64,000 bases of DNA from the sequence record NC_020077.1; one strand, given 5' to 3'. The notes under the pieces were generated by a model, which was not told the DNA's origin, did no database searches, and saw nothing but the letters and a program-made list of their open reading frames with translations. How positions within the stretch are numbered: position 1 is the first letter of the stretch; every line of letters begins with the position of its first letter. The translations under genes were made by a program, and so were the position numbers. Below are positions 19,201 to 29,047 of this stretch, piece after piece.

Positions 19201-22200
19201 TCAAACATTACAAAGCTTAGGAATAGATATTGATCCATCACAAATCCAGCAGACTATAGATAATATCAACCAAAGCATAAATGAAATACAAGCAATACAA
19301 GGTTCCTCTCAGCAATTACAAAACATATTGAAGCAAATACAAAATCAATTGCAAACGCCTCAAAGTGCAGAAACATTAACATTAAACTTAATGAATCTAT
19401 CGAGTCAAGGTTTACAAATAATCAATAATATAATGGCAACATATCAAAAATATGGACAAAGCCCAGACCAAAGCATTTTATCATTGCAAAAGAAACTACA
19501 GAAGATTTATGATAATGCGCAGAGCGAATACCAGTTATTAACTGCGCAACAAGCTTCTCAATCATTTACACAATCAGCAGGCGATATTGCTACTGGAAAC
19601 ATAGGTGGGGCTATTATAAGTGGTCTCGCTGGTATTGGTGAATCTGTCTTATCCGGTTTAGCAAATATAGGCGCCAATTTCGTAAGCGTTGTTGGCACAG
19701 CAATAAACGATGGTTTAAACGATCTAAGCAACTTCATAACTCATGCCATTCCTGGTATAGCTGGCCAAATAATCGCTGGAATTGTAATAGGCGCATTATT
19801 TACAATCGTACAATTCATACCTGGAGTTGATGTAGCAGTTGATACAGCAATTGGAGCTTCTATAATGGCTGCAACAATAGGTGATGCAATACAACAATAT
19901 TATTTATCCGGAATTTCTAATCCGCTAACAATAGCAACAGATATAGGAAAATCGTTTATAACACCAGAAGGATTAGCTGCGCTGTTTGCCGGTGTAGGTT
20001 TTTCAATAGGATTGCCACGAGTTGTTGATAATGTAGGCGATTTATTCAAATCAACTGATGATGTAAAAGTATCTGAAGTAGTAAAAAGCCTAGATAAGGC
20101 AAAAGTTGACTTAGATAATGTACGAGCAAAGGTAGGAGACCTATTAGACAGACTAAATCTCGATAAGAACAAAATTAATGTCTCAGATGTTGCCAAAAAC
20201 TTAGATTTAAATAATCTACTTAAGATAAAGGGGGTATTAGAAGGTATTAAAGATGAACTTGATAACCTAGAAGAGCGACTGAATGGAATTGTAAAAATAG
20301 ATGCAGAAGTAAAAGTTGGACCAAAAGGTGCAGAAGTTTATACAACAGACATCACATTACTTGGTGAAAAAATTGCTAGCTTAACCGCAGAAATAGAAAA
20401 AATACAACAAGCTGTTGATGTTACAATTGAAAAACTAAACCCAGCAATCAAGATAACTAAAGAAGGAACAGTAAAAATAGAAGGTGGTGGTAATTCTGCA
20501 TCAATAATAGCTAAGATGAGTAATGAAGGAAAAGTAGACTTATATGAAAATTTACCAAACAATACATTCGAAAAACTTGAAGTTCCTCCTGAAAACGAAA
20601 TAGGTTTACCAACATCTAAAAGAGTTGAGATAAATAATGGGGGGTTTCATGGCACTACGCTTTCGCCAGACATATTAAACCTAAAACAAGCTGATCTAAA
20701 CGAAATTAATCCAGAAAAAGCAGTTAATGAATTTTCACAAATCCCAGAAGAGATTAGTAGATTAGAGGCACAATTTGAAAATAAGGAAACAACCGCAATA
20801 TCTATAAGTAAAGATTTCGCAAATTATTTACAAGCAAAATTTGATGCTTTGAGATCACAAATTGAGCAAATCACATCAACAATGAATGAAATACATCAAA
20901 ATAACCCAGATTTTGAAGCAGCAGAGGAAGAAATAGCTCAGCTGGGTTTAGTAAAGCAATTAAAGTCCACTGAAGATCAGCTAAAGACGTTGTATCAAAA
21001 ATTAAGTGCATTGAGACAGATAAGTGGGTTATTAAAAGATGCCACAGAGAAAGCAAAGATAGATATTGAACCACTATTGAAAGATTATGTTGATGGTAAG
21101 ATAGATAATATATATGAGCTAGCAAATATATTAAATGAAAAACTTTATGATTATTATAAACCACAAATCGATTCTTTAGAAAATGATATCTTAAATGATT
21201 TACAGAAGAAGGGCGCAACGCCAGATCAAATTGCAGAGATAAAGGGTAAAATTGATGAAGCATCAAAACAACTTGATGAGATTATTAATCCAACAGAATC
21301 GACCAATATAACACAAATACTTGATAATGTTAGCAAGCTTGTTGATCAGCTAAATGAAATTGAAGAGCTTGCAAAGAATGCATCTAATGCAAATGATATG
21401 ATTAACATAATAGATGAGCGCCTCGGTGGAGGTTCCGGTACACAATACGAAATACAACTGAAGGCTGAAACGGAGAACCAACCGTTAGGTTCAAATAACA
21501 TTAGTCAACCAAAGACCCCTCAAAATACTTCTAGTACCACTAGCCAAACTCCTGGTACTACTGCCTCTGGCGGTATTGAGAGTCAGACTGGTAGCGGACA
21601 GTCTTTAATTGCAGTACAAGTGCCAAAAGAAGCAGTAAACGGCGCAGAAAGTAATGTGATAAACTTATCGCTAAGGTATAGCCTCTCTGATATTATTAAT
21701 ACCGCTAGACAAATACTTGGAGAAGACTTTGATAGAGAATTATACGCATTTTCGCAGTTGTTTGGACAAGATTCTATAAACCAAGCAATTTTAGATGCTG
21801 TGAATAAGTCCCCAACACCAGATCTAGACACCATAGCAAGAACCTTAGGCGATGTTATAGAGAGTAAAGTTGATGAGGTTTTACGGACTTCCCCAGATAA
21901 AGCAGTTGCAACTATTGAAGATATGCTGAAAATCAATAATAATTTAGTAAAAAGCAAGCTCACAACAGATTTACTTGACTTTATAAAGAACAATCCAAAA
22001 GCAACATTTAATGATTTATTGACATTTACAGAGAAAGATCTACCAAAAATTGTTAATGATGTTAAGGATACATTAACAAATACGATTTTAGATCAATTGA
22101 GTAAAGGGTTTGGTGATTTAACCAACATAATTGGGAAAGATTCGCTAAAGACATTCCTTGAAAACGAGATACAGAATGGTGTATTTGATGTAAATAAGTT

Positions 22201-23302
22201 GTTAAGTGATGCTAAAGCATTTGTAGATTCCAGGCTGACAGAATTATTGAAAACCAATCCGGAGCAGGTACTCTCAACGATACTAGATTCTGCAAAGATT
22301 GGGAATAAGCTGATTAGAGACAAACTGTTGACAGATACATTAGACTTTGTAAAACGTTTTGGCGGTAATGTGACATTACAAGATATTGCGGAATTTATAG
22401 CAAAGGACGCTTCTGATCTAAAAACGCAACTTACAAGTGCATTAAAGAGTGGTAACTTACAAGAACTGGCAAATACACTCCCTGCTTTGAAAAACGTTCT
22501 AGAGGAACTAAAGAAGGACCCAGTAATAGGGTTAAGACAGTACTTTAAGTCAATAAATCCAACACTTGCTGATGCCTTAAATAGGATAACACCAGATAAT
22601 GCACTAGATATTCTTGACGCACTAAAGAGTAATAACTTAACTAAGATCGCACAAATACTTGACTTATCAGTAGACGAACTAGAAAGGCCAGAAGTCAAGT
22701 TATCAATAATCAGTGAGCTATTAGACGATTTAATAAAGAAGCTAAAGGTGAAACAAATAACTGAAGAAGACTTCGAAAGCGCTATAGAAAGTTTGAAAGA
22801 AACAATAAATGAAATATTGCCAGAGTACAGAAGTGTGTTAGGTGATTATGCTGAGAGACTGCAAGAACAAGTACAAGAAGTTGAGGATTATGTAAAACAA
22901 AAAAGATTGCCTAAAGTAGTTGAACTTTATGATGTATTGGTTCCATCTACTGCTGAATTACCAGTGATCTTGTCAATAGCAAGCGACAGTGACATTAATT
23001 ATTTATTAGACTACGTAGAACAGTTAGCCGCTGAAGAACAAACACCACAAGTTAGCCAAGAAATTCCACAACAAGGAGCACAAGAAGAACAGAGTACAAC
23101 AGTTTTATCAACACCAGCTGAACCAGAAACACCTATACTTGGAGAACCTTTACCCACACCACCAAACAATGAACCAAACCAACAAGAGCAACCAGAATAC
23201 CCAATGCCAACGGGACCTAATGCACCAGCATTGCCAAGCAGAAATACTAGATCTGTCAGCGGTGAAATACAACAACAAGAACTATACTTCCCAATTTCAT
23301 GA
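16235..23302 (+). CDS. Giant virion-associated protein (2355 aa): Q/N-rich N-terminal half, central hydrophobic Gly-rich segment, charged coiled-coil C-terminal half
   Basis: Composition and size typical of the largest bicaudavirus proteins; late-type promoter at 16198-16208. Confidence 0.75.
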   Translation: MSVTSPTTQQLYAYAQYTSLQQKLSSLLNELQQIPNPPTPPQVSTTNTPDALANYYSGLAEYYQNLQSYSQNYGNTIAQNLQILQQAMQIVNQMEGLLKILGVTDPNLQQVANQISQNINYYQQLQNATQTNYSTYIAFFNNLANAYNQISQYQQLPSLPQAPSGSVSLSDAAQYYSNLSNWLTQNSSTVQQNISALQGAIQALQAALNNVPPGYNASQLQQQLQQWQQSLAQLQSLTNLNPQQLQNTATAYSLWAQGISAFNQGDYQDAVNDFNQALQAVGLSPPSSPTQKAPSSQWASLFYLSGLANALLNAQNIQNQYQPQLNQLGQQISSQQGGNISPQLLQTISQFYTALPQELAQVKPYFEQASQYGANVGIQINVEGYNRASKLAADLAKLASDMANALQQLNNSNTQNPNPANQASQILMGDQGLVNEINSLASSLPSTFSSLVTDAQSLVNGYNELTKSSVNAYTFYSGVNQIQQYLNQQDYQDAYNAAVNLAKSLGISVSINDLTQQSYQPPSNDQETETVYYLLLLSKWGVTYQSITNQYQQQINSLASSISSSSSMEQTFSTYAQIFKLMYEMYSNLQQITPAANAAFSYFGETTFPQNYFATAAELMKKASDIASQIANDLANGNYDDIEKMQLNFSELTQLQSMNNSLTQGMTSSIQQNIANFAIAVANLQYNIAFTNSINKALQQVNNQQNQTTTVNQNSIAANRFFRGRFGNAYEASSNSSAQTYQQLSQTYAQVAQQITTVTQQQAAGSVQIPGIGTVNVRVPNNLVNSANQTAQQMKLLSQAYNALAQASQNSNDPQTALQYYQTAYNDFTQAGVSQDKLSNLQSVISFYQYLVNNQSTLQSIQSQLQEIGNLTPQVNGNSVKIGSAALVASAATMPLSQMRSTVEQATGLDQIKQQIDNYYDNFPSLPQNLQQQVNNMHTIADTTVDLYANNLVARAYISVTQLPNVSADQQIQALQNAKQALENAKQDTQTLQSLGIDIDPSQIQQTIDNINQSINEIQAIQGSSQQLQNILKQIQNQLQTPQSAETLTLNLMNLSSQGLQIINNIMATYQKYGQSPDQSILSLQKKLQKIYDNAQSEYQLLTAQQASQSFTQSAGDIATGNIGGAIISGLAGIGESVLSGLANIGANFVSVVGTAINDGLNDLSNFITHAIPGIAGQIIAGIVIGALFTIVQFIPGVDVAVDTAIGASIMAATIGDAIQQYYLSGISNPLTIATDIGKSFITPEGLAALFAGVGFSIGLPRVVDNVGDLFKSTDDVKVSEVVKSLDKAKVDLDNVRAKVGDLLDRLNLDKNKINVSDVAKNLDLNNLLKIKGVLEGIKDELDNLEERLNGIVKIDAEVKVGPKGAEVYTTDITLLGEKIASLTAEIEKIQQAVDVTIEKLNPAIKITKEGTVKIEGGGNSASIIAKMSNEGKVDLYENLPNNTFEKLEVPPENEIGLPTSKRVEINNGGFHGTTLSPDILNLKQADLNEINPEKAVNEFSQIPEEISRLEAQFENKETTAISISKDFANYLQAKFDALRSQIEQITSTMNEIHQNNPDFEAAEEEIAQLGLVKQLKSTEDQLKTLYQKLSALRQISGLLKDATEKAKIDIEPLLKDYVDGKIDNIYELANILNEKLYDYYKPQIDSLENDILNDLQKKGATPDQIAEIKGKIDEASKQLDEIINPTESTNITQILDNVSKLVDQLNEIEELAKNASNANDMINIIDERLGGGSGTQYEIQLKAETENQPLGSNNISQPKTPQNTSSTTSQTPGTTASGGIESQTGSGQSLIAVQVPKEAVNGAESNVINLSLRYSLSDIINTARQILGEDFDRELYAFSQLFGQDSINQAILDAVNKSPTPDLDTIARTLGDVIESKVDEVLRTSPDKAVATIEDMLKINNNLVKSKLTTDLLDFIKNNPKATFNDLLTFTEKDLPKIVNDVKDTLTNTILDQLSKGFGDLTNIIGKDSLKTFLENEIQNGVFDVNKLLSDAKAFVDSRLTELLKTNPEQVLSTILDSAKIGNKLIRDKLLTDTLDFVKRFGGNVTLQDIAEFIAKDASDLKTQLTSALKSGNLQELANTLPALKNVLEELKKDPVIGLRQYFKSINPTLADALNRITPDNALDILDALKSNNLTKIAQILDLSVDELERPEVKLSIISELLDDLIKKLKVKQITEEDFESAIESLKETINEILPEYRSVLGDYAERLQEQVQEVEDYVKQKRLPKVVELYDVLVPSTAELPVILSIASDSDINYLLDYVEQLAAEEQTPQVSQEIPQQGAQEEQSTTVLSTPAEPETPILGEPLPTPPNNEPNQQEQPEYPMPTGPNAPALPSRNTRSVSGEIQQQELYFPIS

Positions 23303-24295
23303 AGATACAAAAATTTTTTCTAATTCCTTTATTAACTCTTTTTGAACTTCTTCTCTCACTTTCTTTTTTCTTTCCAACTCAGCTCTTATTTCATCTTTTA
23401 CTTTCTTCAACAAACCAGTCTTTACATAATAATCATATACTATCATCCATTTTTCCCTCGCTTTATTACGTAGTTCGAATAGATATGCAATAATATCCCT
23501 CATGTTAATCTGAGGAGGCTGTCTATCTATCTCATCCTTATAGGCTTCTATAGTCTTCTCAAGCCTATCAGAAAAGATCCACATCATATAATAATAGTAC
23601 TTACGAAGAGAAGATTCACTTGTAAATGCTTTTTCATCAATCTTATCACCATTAATTGGCACATAATCTCCTGCTAAGAGTTCTTCAAGCTCGGTCTGAT
23701 TCAGAAAATGAAAGCTTAACTCACCAATTAGCTTACTCCTTCCACCGTTACCACATAAGCCGTTTTCAGTAACTTCATTTAAATAATTATTAATTTTCTC
23801 CCTAAGATTTTTAATTGCTGGCATTATTTCATCTACTGCTTTCTCTAAACGCTCTGCCTTTTCTTTCTCACCTTTCTGTTTAAGAGCTCCAAGATGTATA
23901 TAAAAGGCAAAATCCTTCATAGACAGATGAGAAGGAAGGTTTATAAGATTAATTTTTCTAGGTAGAACTTCATAAAAATATGACCAGAGTTTAAAACAAT
24001 ATCTGGCCGCTCCCTCAAGTGCTTTCTTTATTTCTTCAAGTACCACATGAGGATCATCGTTTTTGTGTGCTTCAAGGTACTCCTTTACGCTTTTATATCC
24101 TTGTGGAATGTATAATAAATCCTTGCTAAACTCTTTTTCATCCATTATTTGAACATTTAGGCTTTTTTCAAACTCTTCTTCTTCTAGTCTTTTCATTATC
24201 CAGGGATCATTTATGCCTTTATAGTACTCGATTATCTTTTTCGCTTCTGTTATAATCTCATTTAACCTTTCAACATAGTCCGAATAACTTCTCAT
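23297..24295 (-). CDS. Hypothetical K/E-rich helical protein
   Basis: 332-aa ORF convergent with and overlapping the giant gene by 6 bp. Confidence 0.75.
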   Translation of the reverse strand: MRSYSDYVERLNEIITEAKKIIEYYKGINDPWIMKRLEEEEFEKSLNVQIMDEKEFSKDLLYIPQGYKSVKEYLEAHKNDDPHVVLEEIKKALEGAARYCFKLWSYFYEVLPRKINLINLPSHLSMKDFAFYIHLGALKQKGEKEKAERLEKAVDEIMPAIKNLREKINNYLNEVTENGLCGNGGRSKLIGELSFHFLNQTELEELLAGDYVPINGDKIDEKAFTSESSLRKYYYYMMWIFSDRLEKTIEAYKDEIDRQPPQINMRDIIAYLFELRNKAREKWMIVYDYYVKTGLLKKVKDEIRAELERKKKVREEVQKELIKELEKIFVSS

Positions 24296-24338
24296 CTAAA
24301 AAATATATAGAGAGAAAGGTAAAAAATATTTTTATCTT

Positions 24339-24782
24339 TTATACGCCTTGTGGGAGATAACCTAATGCCATCAGTATGTATAAAACTTCTGATATTGAAA
24401 ATGCGCTTGTTACAACATCGTCAAATACCAGAACAACTGGCGCTACTAATGAACCTTGAACCATTAGTGGAATCCAATGGACAAAGAAGAAAATCGCATT
24501 AGTGTAGATATACGTAACATATGCTACTATAAACACAGTTTGCGCGTAAGTTTGTGTTGAAGAGGAAAGGTTTGATAGTACTGATATTCCAGATATTGCT
24601 CCTAGTGCTGCTACACCGTTTGCTATAGCTCCAAAAAATGGATTATTTGTCAATCCAGCTAGGAATGAGATAATGCTTATCCCAGAAATGTAAGATAGTA
24701 ACTGAGATGCTTGCCCAAAAACGGAGTTTGGTGCCGCTGCCATAATTGCATCAAACAAGATGTTTAATACTGCTGCGCCCAT
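24339..24782 (-). CDS. Small multi-pass membrane protein
   Basis: Four or more hydrophobic segments. Confidence 0.7.
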   Translation of the reverse strand: MGAAVLNILFDAIMAAAPNSVFGQASQLLSYISGISIISFLAGLTNNPFFGAIANGVAALGAISGISVLSNLSSSTQTYAQTVFIVAYVTYIYTNAIFFFVHWIPLMVQGSLVAPVVLVFDDVVTSAFSISEVLYILMALGYLPQGV

Positions 24783-24881
24783 TACTATTCCAAATGCTGC
24801 GTTAAATGTTGCTTGTAAGAAATTTGTTAGGAATCCCGTATTCTCTCACCTTTTGTATATAATTATTCTATTTCATTCACC

Positions 24882-27131
24882 TTATAAGAGTTGTGTCTGT
24901 GCTCTTTGTGTTGTTGTGCTAGAAGAAAGTACTGATGGTGCTACTGCTACTGCCGCATCGCCTACTACGTTTATTACTGCGTTTAAAGCATTAACTGCAT
25001 TAGTATACATTGGTTCTTGCGTGAAGTTTTGACCAGTTATCGTGTTTAGCGCGTTGAGGAGATTTAGATAATATTTTGCTTGTTCTTTATACTGTATTGC
25101 AGAATTAGTATCTCCATTTTTTAAAGCGTTATATGCCTTTGCAGCATAATCATATAAAGAGGCGAGTAATCCATTCATCTTCATTGTAAATGTGCTTCCT
25201 GGCTCTTGTGCTAAAGCTATGATGTAAGGTGCGTATTGTGGTGCTGCAGCTATTGCATCTGCATAATCATTATTCAGTAAGTAATTTGCAACTGTTTGAT
25301 TATATTCTATTTGTACTGCTTGTGATGAATTGCTTGGTGAGAATGCGGATACAATGTTATTAATGTAAGTGCTCAATCCATTGAGATATGGATTATTAGT
25401 ATTCGCTAAGGCTGAAAGTTGGTTAACAATGAACTGTGGATTTTGTCCTTGTGCAAATGCCGTGTCAAAATCTTGTAACAAATTCTGGAGTTGATTAATT
25501 GTATTTATTGCCTGATTGACCTCAGCTGTATTATTAGTATCTGATTTTAACTGATTCAATATCTGAAGGGCCTCATTTAGATTACCGCTTTGTAGTGCGT
25601 TTTGGAGATTTGTAGTTAGATTCTGCGCGTTTGTACCTACTTGCTGTTGTGCGGTTTGTAATAATTGTGCTACAGTATTTGCCTCATTATTTAGATAATT
25701 AGCCAAATACGAAGTGATTGGATTACTGCCCACTTGATTTGCGATTTGTTGCAATTGATTTGCGATTTGTTGCAATGTGTTAACATCTGATGAAGTGTAT
25801 TGCCCTTTATTTTGTTCTTGCTGTATTGTACTAACGGCATTATTGAACTGCTGCTGTATACTGCTCAATATCTGAATTGCTTGTGAGATTGTGTTTGCAG
25901 CCTGCGTATAACCAATTTGATTTGCGAGTTGGTCACCACTCTGCAAGGCAGAAAGAGCGTTACTTATGTTACCACTCTGTAGGTTATTCTCAGCCTGAGA
26001 AACATAGTTTTGTACTTCTTGCTGTAAGTAGTTTTGTATGTTAGTTTGTACTTGTTGCGCAGTACTCGCTAAATTGCTTATATAGCTAGATAAGTAAGAG
26101 GTAATAGAATTGTTGCCTATACTATTATTTATACTGTTTAGTGCACTAATGGCATTTTGAATAGCTTGCAAATCACTAGGTGTATAACTACTCTTATTCT
26201 GTTCTTGCTGTATTGTACTGATAGCATTATTGAGCTGTTGTTGAATGTTATCTAGTATTTGCGTTGCCTGTGAGATTGTGTTTGCATCTTGACTATCGCC
26301 TATTTGGTTAGCAATTTGCTCACCACTCTGTAAGGCAGAAAGAGCACCACTTATGTTACCGCTTTGTAAATCATTTTCAGCTTGAGAAATGTAGTTCTGT
26401 ACTTGCTGTGTATTTGGTCCAGAACTGCCTCCACCACCACCTGAACCACCAGAACCACCGCTTGAACCACCACCGCTTCCAGAGCCACCACCACCAGAGC
26501 CTGGCGGACTGGAACTACCCCCGCCACCGCCAGAGCCACCGCCGCCGGAGTTTGGATTAGAACTTCCACCGCCGCCTCCAGAACCAGGGCCCGAGCTGTT
26601 TGGTGAGCTATTAGGACTGCTTGATTGGTTATTAAGGTATTTTTGTATTTGTTGTTGAACTGACTGTGCTTGTTGATATAGACTGTTTAAATAATTTGCA
26701 AGAGGACCAGCATATGGATTATTATTGTTTGCTTCTGCGTCTAAGCCATTAACAACATTCTCCAAATTATTTACAATTGTGTTAATTGTATTCAAATCGT
26801 TTTGTGTATATGAACTTTGTTGTTGTAATTGAAGTATTGTGTTTCTGTATTGATTATAGTTATATGCAGTAAGAGCATTTAGGACTGACTGCGCATTATA
26901 AGCATCGCCTTGATTACCAGTTTGCTTATCATATTGTATTATTCCATTTAGAATATCTTGCGCATCAGCAGGAGAAGCACCAGCACTAACAACTTGCCCA
27001 TTTTGAACTGTTTGTGTGCATTCAGCAGGACCATATCCATTACTGTATAGCGGAGGGGGATTAATAGAAAATACACTTTGGTAAGCCATTAACCACCCTT
27101 GATTTGTGCATGGTTGCGAATTTGACGACAT
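24882..27131 (-). CDS. Q/N-rich helical repeat virion protein with Gly/Ser linker
   Basis: 129-aa period repeats (QxVQNYxSQAENxLQSGNISxALSALQSG); Gly/Ser tract at about 26419-26623. Confidence 0.75.
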   Translation of the reverse strand: MSSNSQPCTNQGWLMAYQSVFSINPPPLYSNGYGPAECTQTVQNGQVVSAGASPADAQDILNGIIQYDKQTGNQGDAYNAQSVLNALTAYNYNQYRNTILQLQQQSSYTQNDLNTINTIVNNLENVVNGLDAEANNNNPYAGPLANYLNSLYQQAQSVQQQIQKYLNNQSSSPNSSPNSSGPGSGGGGGSSNPNSGGGGSGGGGGSSSPPGSGGGGSGSGGGSSGGSGGSGGGGGSSGPNTQQVQNYISQAENDLQSGNISGALSALQSGEQIANQIGDSQDANTISQATQILDNIQQQLNNAISTIQQEQNKSSYTPSDLQAIQNAISALNSINNSIGNNSITSYLSSYISNLASTAQQVQTNIQNYLQQEVQNYVSQAENNLQSGNISNALSALQSGDQLANQIGYTQAANTISQAIQILSSIQQQFNNAVSTIQQEQNKGQYTSSDVNTLQQIANQLQQIANQVGSNPITSYLANYLNNEANTVAQLLQTAQQQVGTNAQNLTTNLQNALQSGNLNEALQILNQLKSDTNNTAEVNQAINTINQLQNLLQDFDTAFAQGQNPQFIVNQLSALANTNNPYLNGLSTYINNIVSAFSPSNSSQAVQIEYNQTVANYLLNNDYADAIAAAPQYAPYIIALAQEPGSTFTMKMNGLLASLYDYAAKAYNALKNGDTNSAIQYKEQAKYYLNLLNALNTITGQNFTQEPMYTNAVNALNAVINVVGDAAVAVAPSVLSSSTTTQRAQTQLL

Positions 27132-27228
27132 TTCACTCTCCTCTCTCTAAAAATAATAAAACAAAGTTAAAAAGAGTCACTCAGAAGGCTTTTTGGCAAA
27201 TTTACCAAAAACTGTCTGAGTGTTCATA

Positions 27229-27362
27229 ATTCTCCAGATTTGTAGAAGGGTTTTTCCTCATGTAGTCTTACTTTCGAATTTCGAACTTTTGCTATATACT
27301 GGGACTTCGAACTTGTAACGTTAAAAATTGGGCGTCAAATGGTTTCACAAGTTTGAAAAAAA
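27229..27362 (+). repeat. ~135-bp intergenic repeat (18-mer palindrome plus TTCGAA core), copy 2
   Basis: Colinear with the reverse complement of 48681-48814. Confidence 0.9.
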
Positions 27363-27413
27363 TACAGAACATTTTTTCGTTAAATTTACCAAATTCTTAC
27401 TAGTAAAACATAT

Positions 27414-27461
27414 TTTGGTAAATCTAGCGAATTATCATGACAATTCTGTAGATTTGGAGAA
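27414..27461. repeat. 48-bp tri-palindromic element, full copy
   Basis: TTTGGTAAATCTAGCGAA-TTATCATGACAA-TTCTGTAGATTTGGAGAA; extra 18-mers at 27192, 27230, 27376. Confidence 0.9.
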
Positions 27462-27500
27462 AAAGCTAGTCTTTTTAATTCATTATGTTTACTTAAGATT

Positions 27501-28001
27501 ATGAGTGAAATAACTCCATCAGACCCACTACAACGTATCTCATCTAATTTTATAATAATATTGAATAGTTTACCGCCTACATATCAGTCTGAGACAGTAC
27601 AATACATTAAGACAACTCTACTCAACAACGGCCTACAGCAAATTGTACCACAATCTTTTAGCCAATTAGTTCCCTCTACTACTCCAGCAGCTATTCTTTC
27701 ATCTATCCAAAAAGAAATAACTACTGGACAAGGTGAGAAAATACAAATACAGCAGTTGCCAGCATTAGTAGAGCAAACACAAAACCTAATTGAGCAACTG
27801 CCTTCAGTAATTGCAAGAACTCAACTGAGTGTTGAAGAAGCGCCTACAGTGCTTGCAGCGATTATTGCTGTACCATATATTAAACAAAATATTTTACCAA
27901 AAGTGATTCAAACATCATCTAGTTCAATAAAGCAACTGCCTAGTGTGCTTGGTAATACTGAATCTGAAGTTTTAATATCACCATTAGTAGTAAACCAATA
28001 A
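27501..28001 (+). CDS. Hypothetical Q/S/T-rich protein (structural module)
   Basis: 166-aa ORF after late promoter AGTCTTTTTAA (27468-27478). Confidence 0.7.
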   Translation: MSEITPSDPLQRISSNFIIILNSLPPTYQSETVQYIKTTLLNNGLQQIVPQSFSQLVPSTTPAAILSSIQKEITTGQGEKIQIQQLPALVEQTQNLIEQLPSVIARTQLSVEEAPTVLAAIIAVPYIKQNILPKVIQTSSSSIKQLPSVLGNTESEVLISPLVVNQ

Positions 28002-28057
28002 AAGAAGAAGTAGAAGAAAAGAATTTTAAAAAAATCAAAAATATCTTATTTTATTGT

Positions 28058-28417
28058 TTATGATTTGAAGTAGCCTAGTAGATACTTTATTGCTACACCG
28101 ATTGATGCTATTATTAATACTATCATTACAATCTCAAAGACTGTAGATGATAAGCCAAGTGTGTAGTTAATACCGCCTGTAACTTTCGTAGTTATGTTAT
28201 TATTTTGTGGTAATGATGGGATTAATGTTCCTCCAAGTATACCTACTATGAAATATGCTACTATAATTAGAACTATAACAAATACTGCAGCCTTTGCAAG
28301 ATTTATGAAAACATCTGTACTAAAGTCTCCGCCACCTGCTGATTTATAGAACCTTCCTAGCTTCTTTGCTACCTTTGCTCTTGCGTTATTATTGGCAGTT
28401 ATGAGCCATCCCGCCAT
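28058..28417 (-). CDS. Hydrophobic two-helix hairpin protein, probable capsid shell protein
   Basis: Basic N-terminal leader, two long hydrophobic helices, Asn-rich loop with NIT and NYT sequons; shares a symmetric promoter with the major virion protein. Confidence 0.55.
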   Translation of the reverse strand: MAGWLITANNNARAKVAKKLGRFYKSAGGGDFSTDVFINLAKAAVFVIVLIIVAYFIVGILGGTLIPSLPQNNNITTKVTGGINYTLGLSSTVFEIVMIVLIIASIGVAIKYLLGYFKS

Positions 28418-28448
28418 CTTTTCTCGTTACTTTTTATATGGATTGGAG

Positions 28449-28500
28449 TATAAAAAGACTCCTTAAACATATTAACAATGGCTTAACGAGTCTTTTTATA
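28449..28500. promoter_or_regulatory. Symmetric bidirectional late promoter
   Basis: Perfect 13-bp inverted repeat TATAAAAAGACTC / GAGTCTTTTTATA, each 32 bp from its start codon. Confidence 0.8.
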
Positions 28501-28531
28501 TCTCATTTTGAAAAAAGGTTATTGAGCAAAA

Positions 28532-28969
28532 ATGGCAAGAGACGAACCATACAAAGGCGACTACGTAGGAGGAGTAGGGAAGATATTACAAGGCTATTTT
28601 GAAAACTACTATGGATATCCAGAAGTTTCATTGAAGCTAGCTGGTGAGGAAGCAAATCTTAGCAGAACTGGGCATGTAAATGCGAAAGCAATAGTTCATG
28701 AAATGATAAAAACAATTAGAGAAGCTTCAGATCCAGTAAGAAGAGGAAAAGGCTTCAAAGATGCATGGGTATATTTCAGTAGAGTACCAGACAATGCCCC
28801 ACCTAACAGTACAGCATTACCACCAAATATTGCTCAAGCTGTACAACAAAGAATACAAGCGTTATATCAACAGTTAATGTCTACAGGAGCTGCTGCCAGT
28901 GCTGCAGCAAAAGCCCCATCTACTTTCACTAATCCCACTTCAAATCTGACTATGCAAACTACTGCATAA
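28532..28969 (+). CDS. Bicaudavirus major virion protein (ATV p131 / STSV coat protein family)
   Basis: N-terminus [15 protein letters not shown]...[15 protein letters not shown] matches the recalled p131 family pattern. Confidence 0.9.
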   Translation: MARDEPYKGDYVGGVGKILQGYFENYYGYPEVSLKLAGEEANLSRTGHVNAKAIVHEMIKTIREASDPVRRGKGFKDAWVYFSRVPDNAPPNSTALPPNIAQAVQQRIQALYQQLMSTGAAASAAAKAPSTFTNPTSNLTMQTTA

Positions 28970-28986
28970 AAGTAAAGCTAAACTAA

Positions 28987-28993
28987 TTTTTTT
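28987..28993 (+). terminator. Oligo-T terminator after major virion protein gene
   Basis: T7 tract 18 bp after the stop. Confidence 0.5.
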
Positions 28994-29047
28994 ATATCTT
29001 CTCCTCCTTAAGGAGACTTTTTTACCTTTGTTATATTAAATTAACAT

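Noticed and set aside
4262-23345. Numerous short antisense or alternate-frame ORFs inside long genes (also at 39011, 56228, 60234, 61355 etc.)
   Set aside because: Shadows of well-supported genes with biased codon usage
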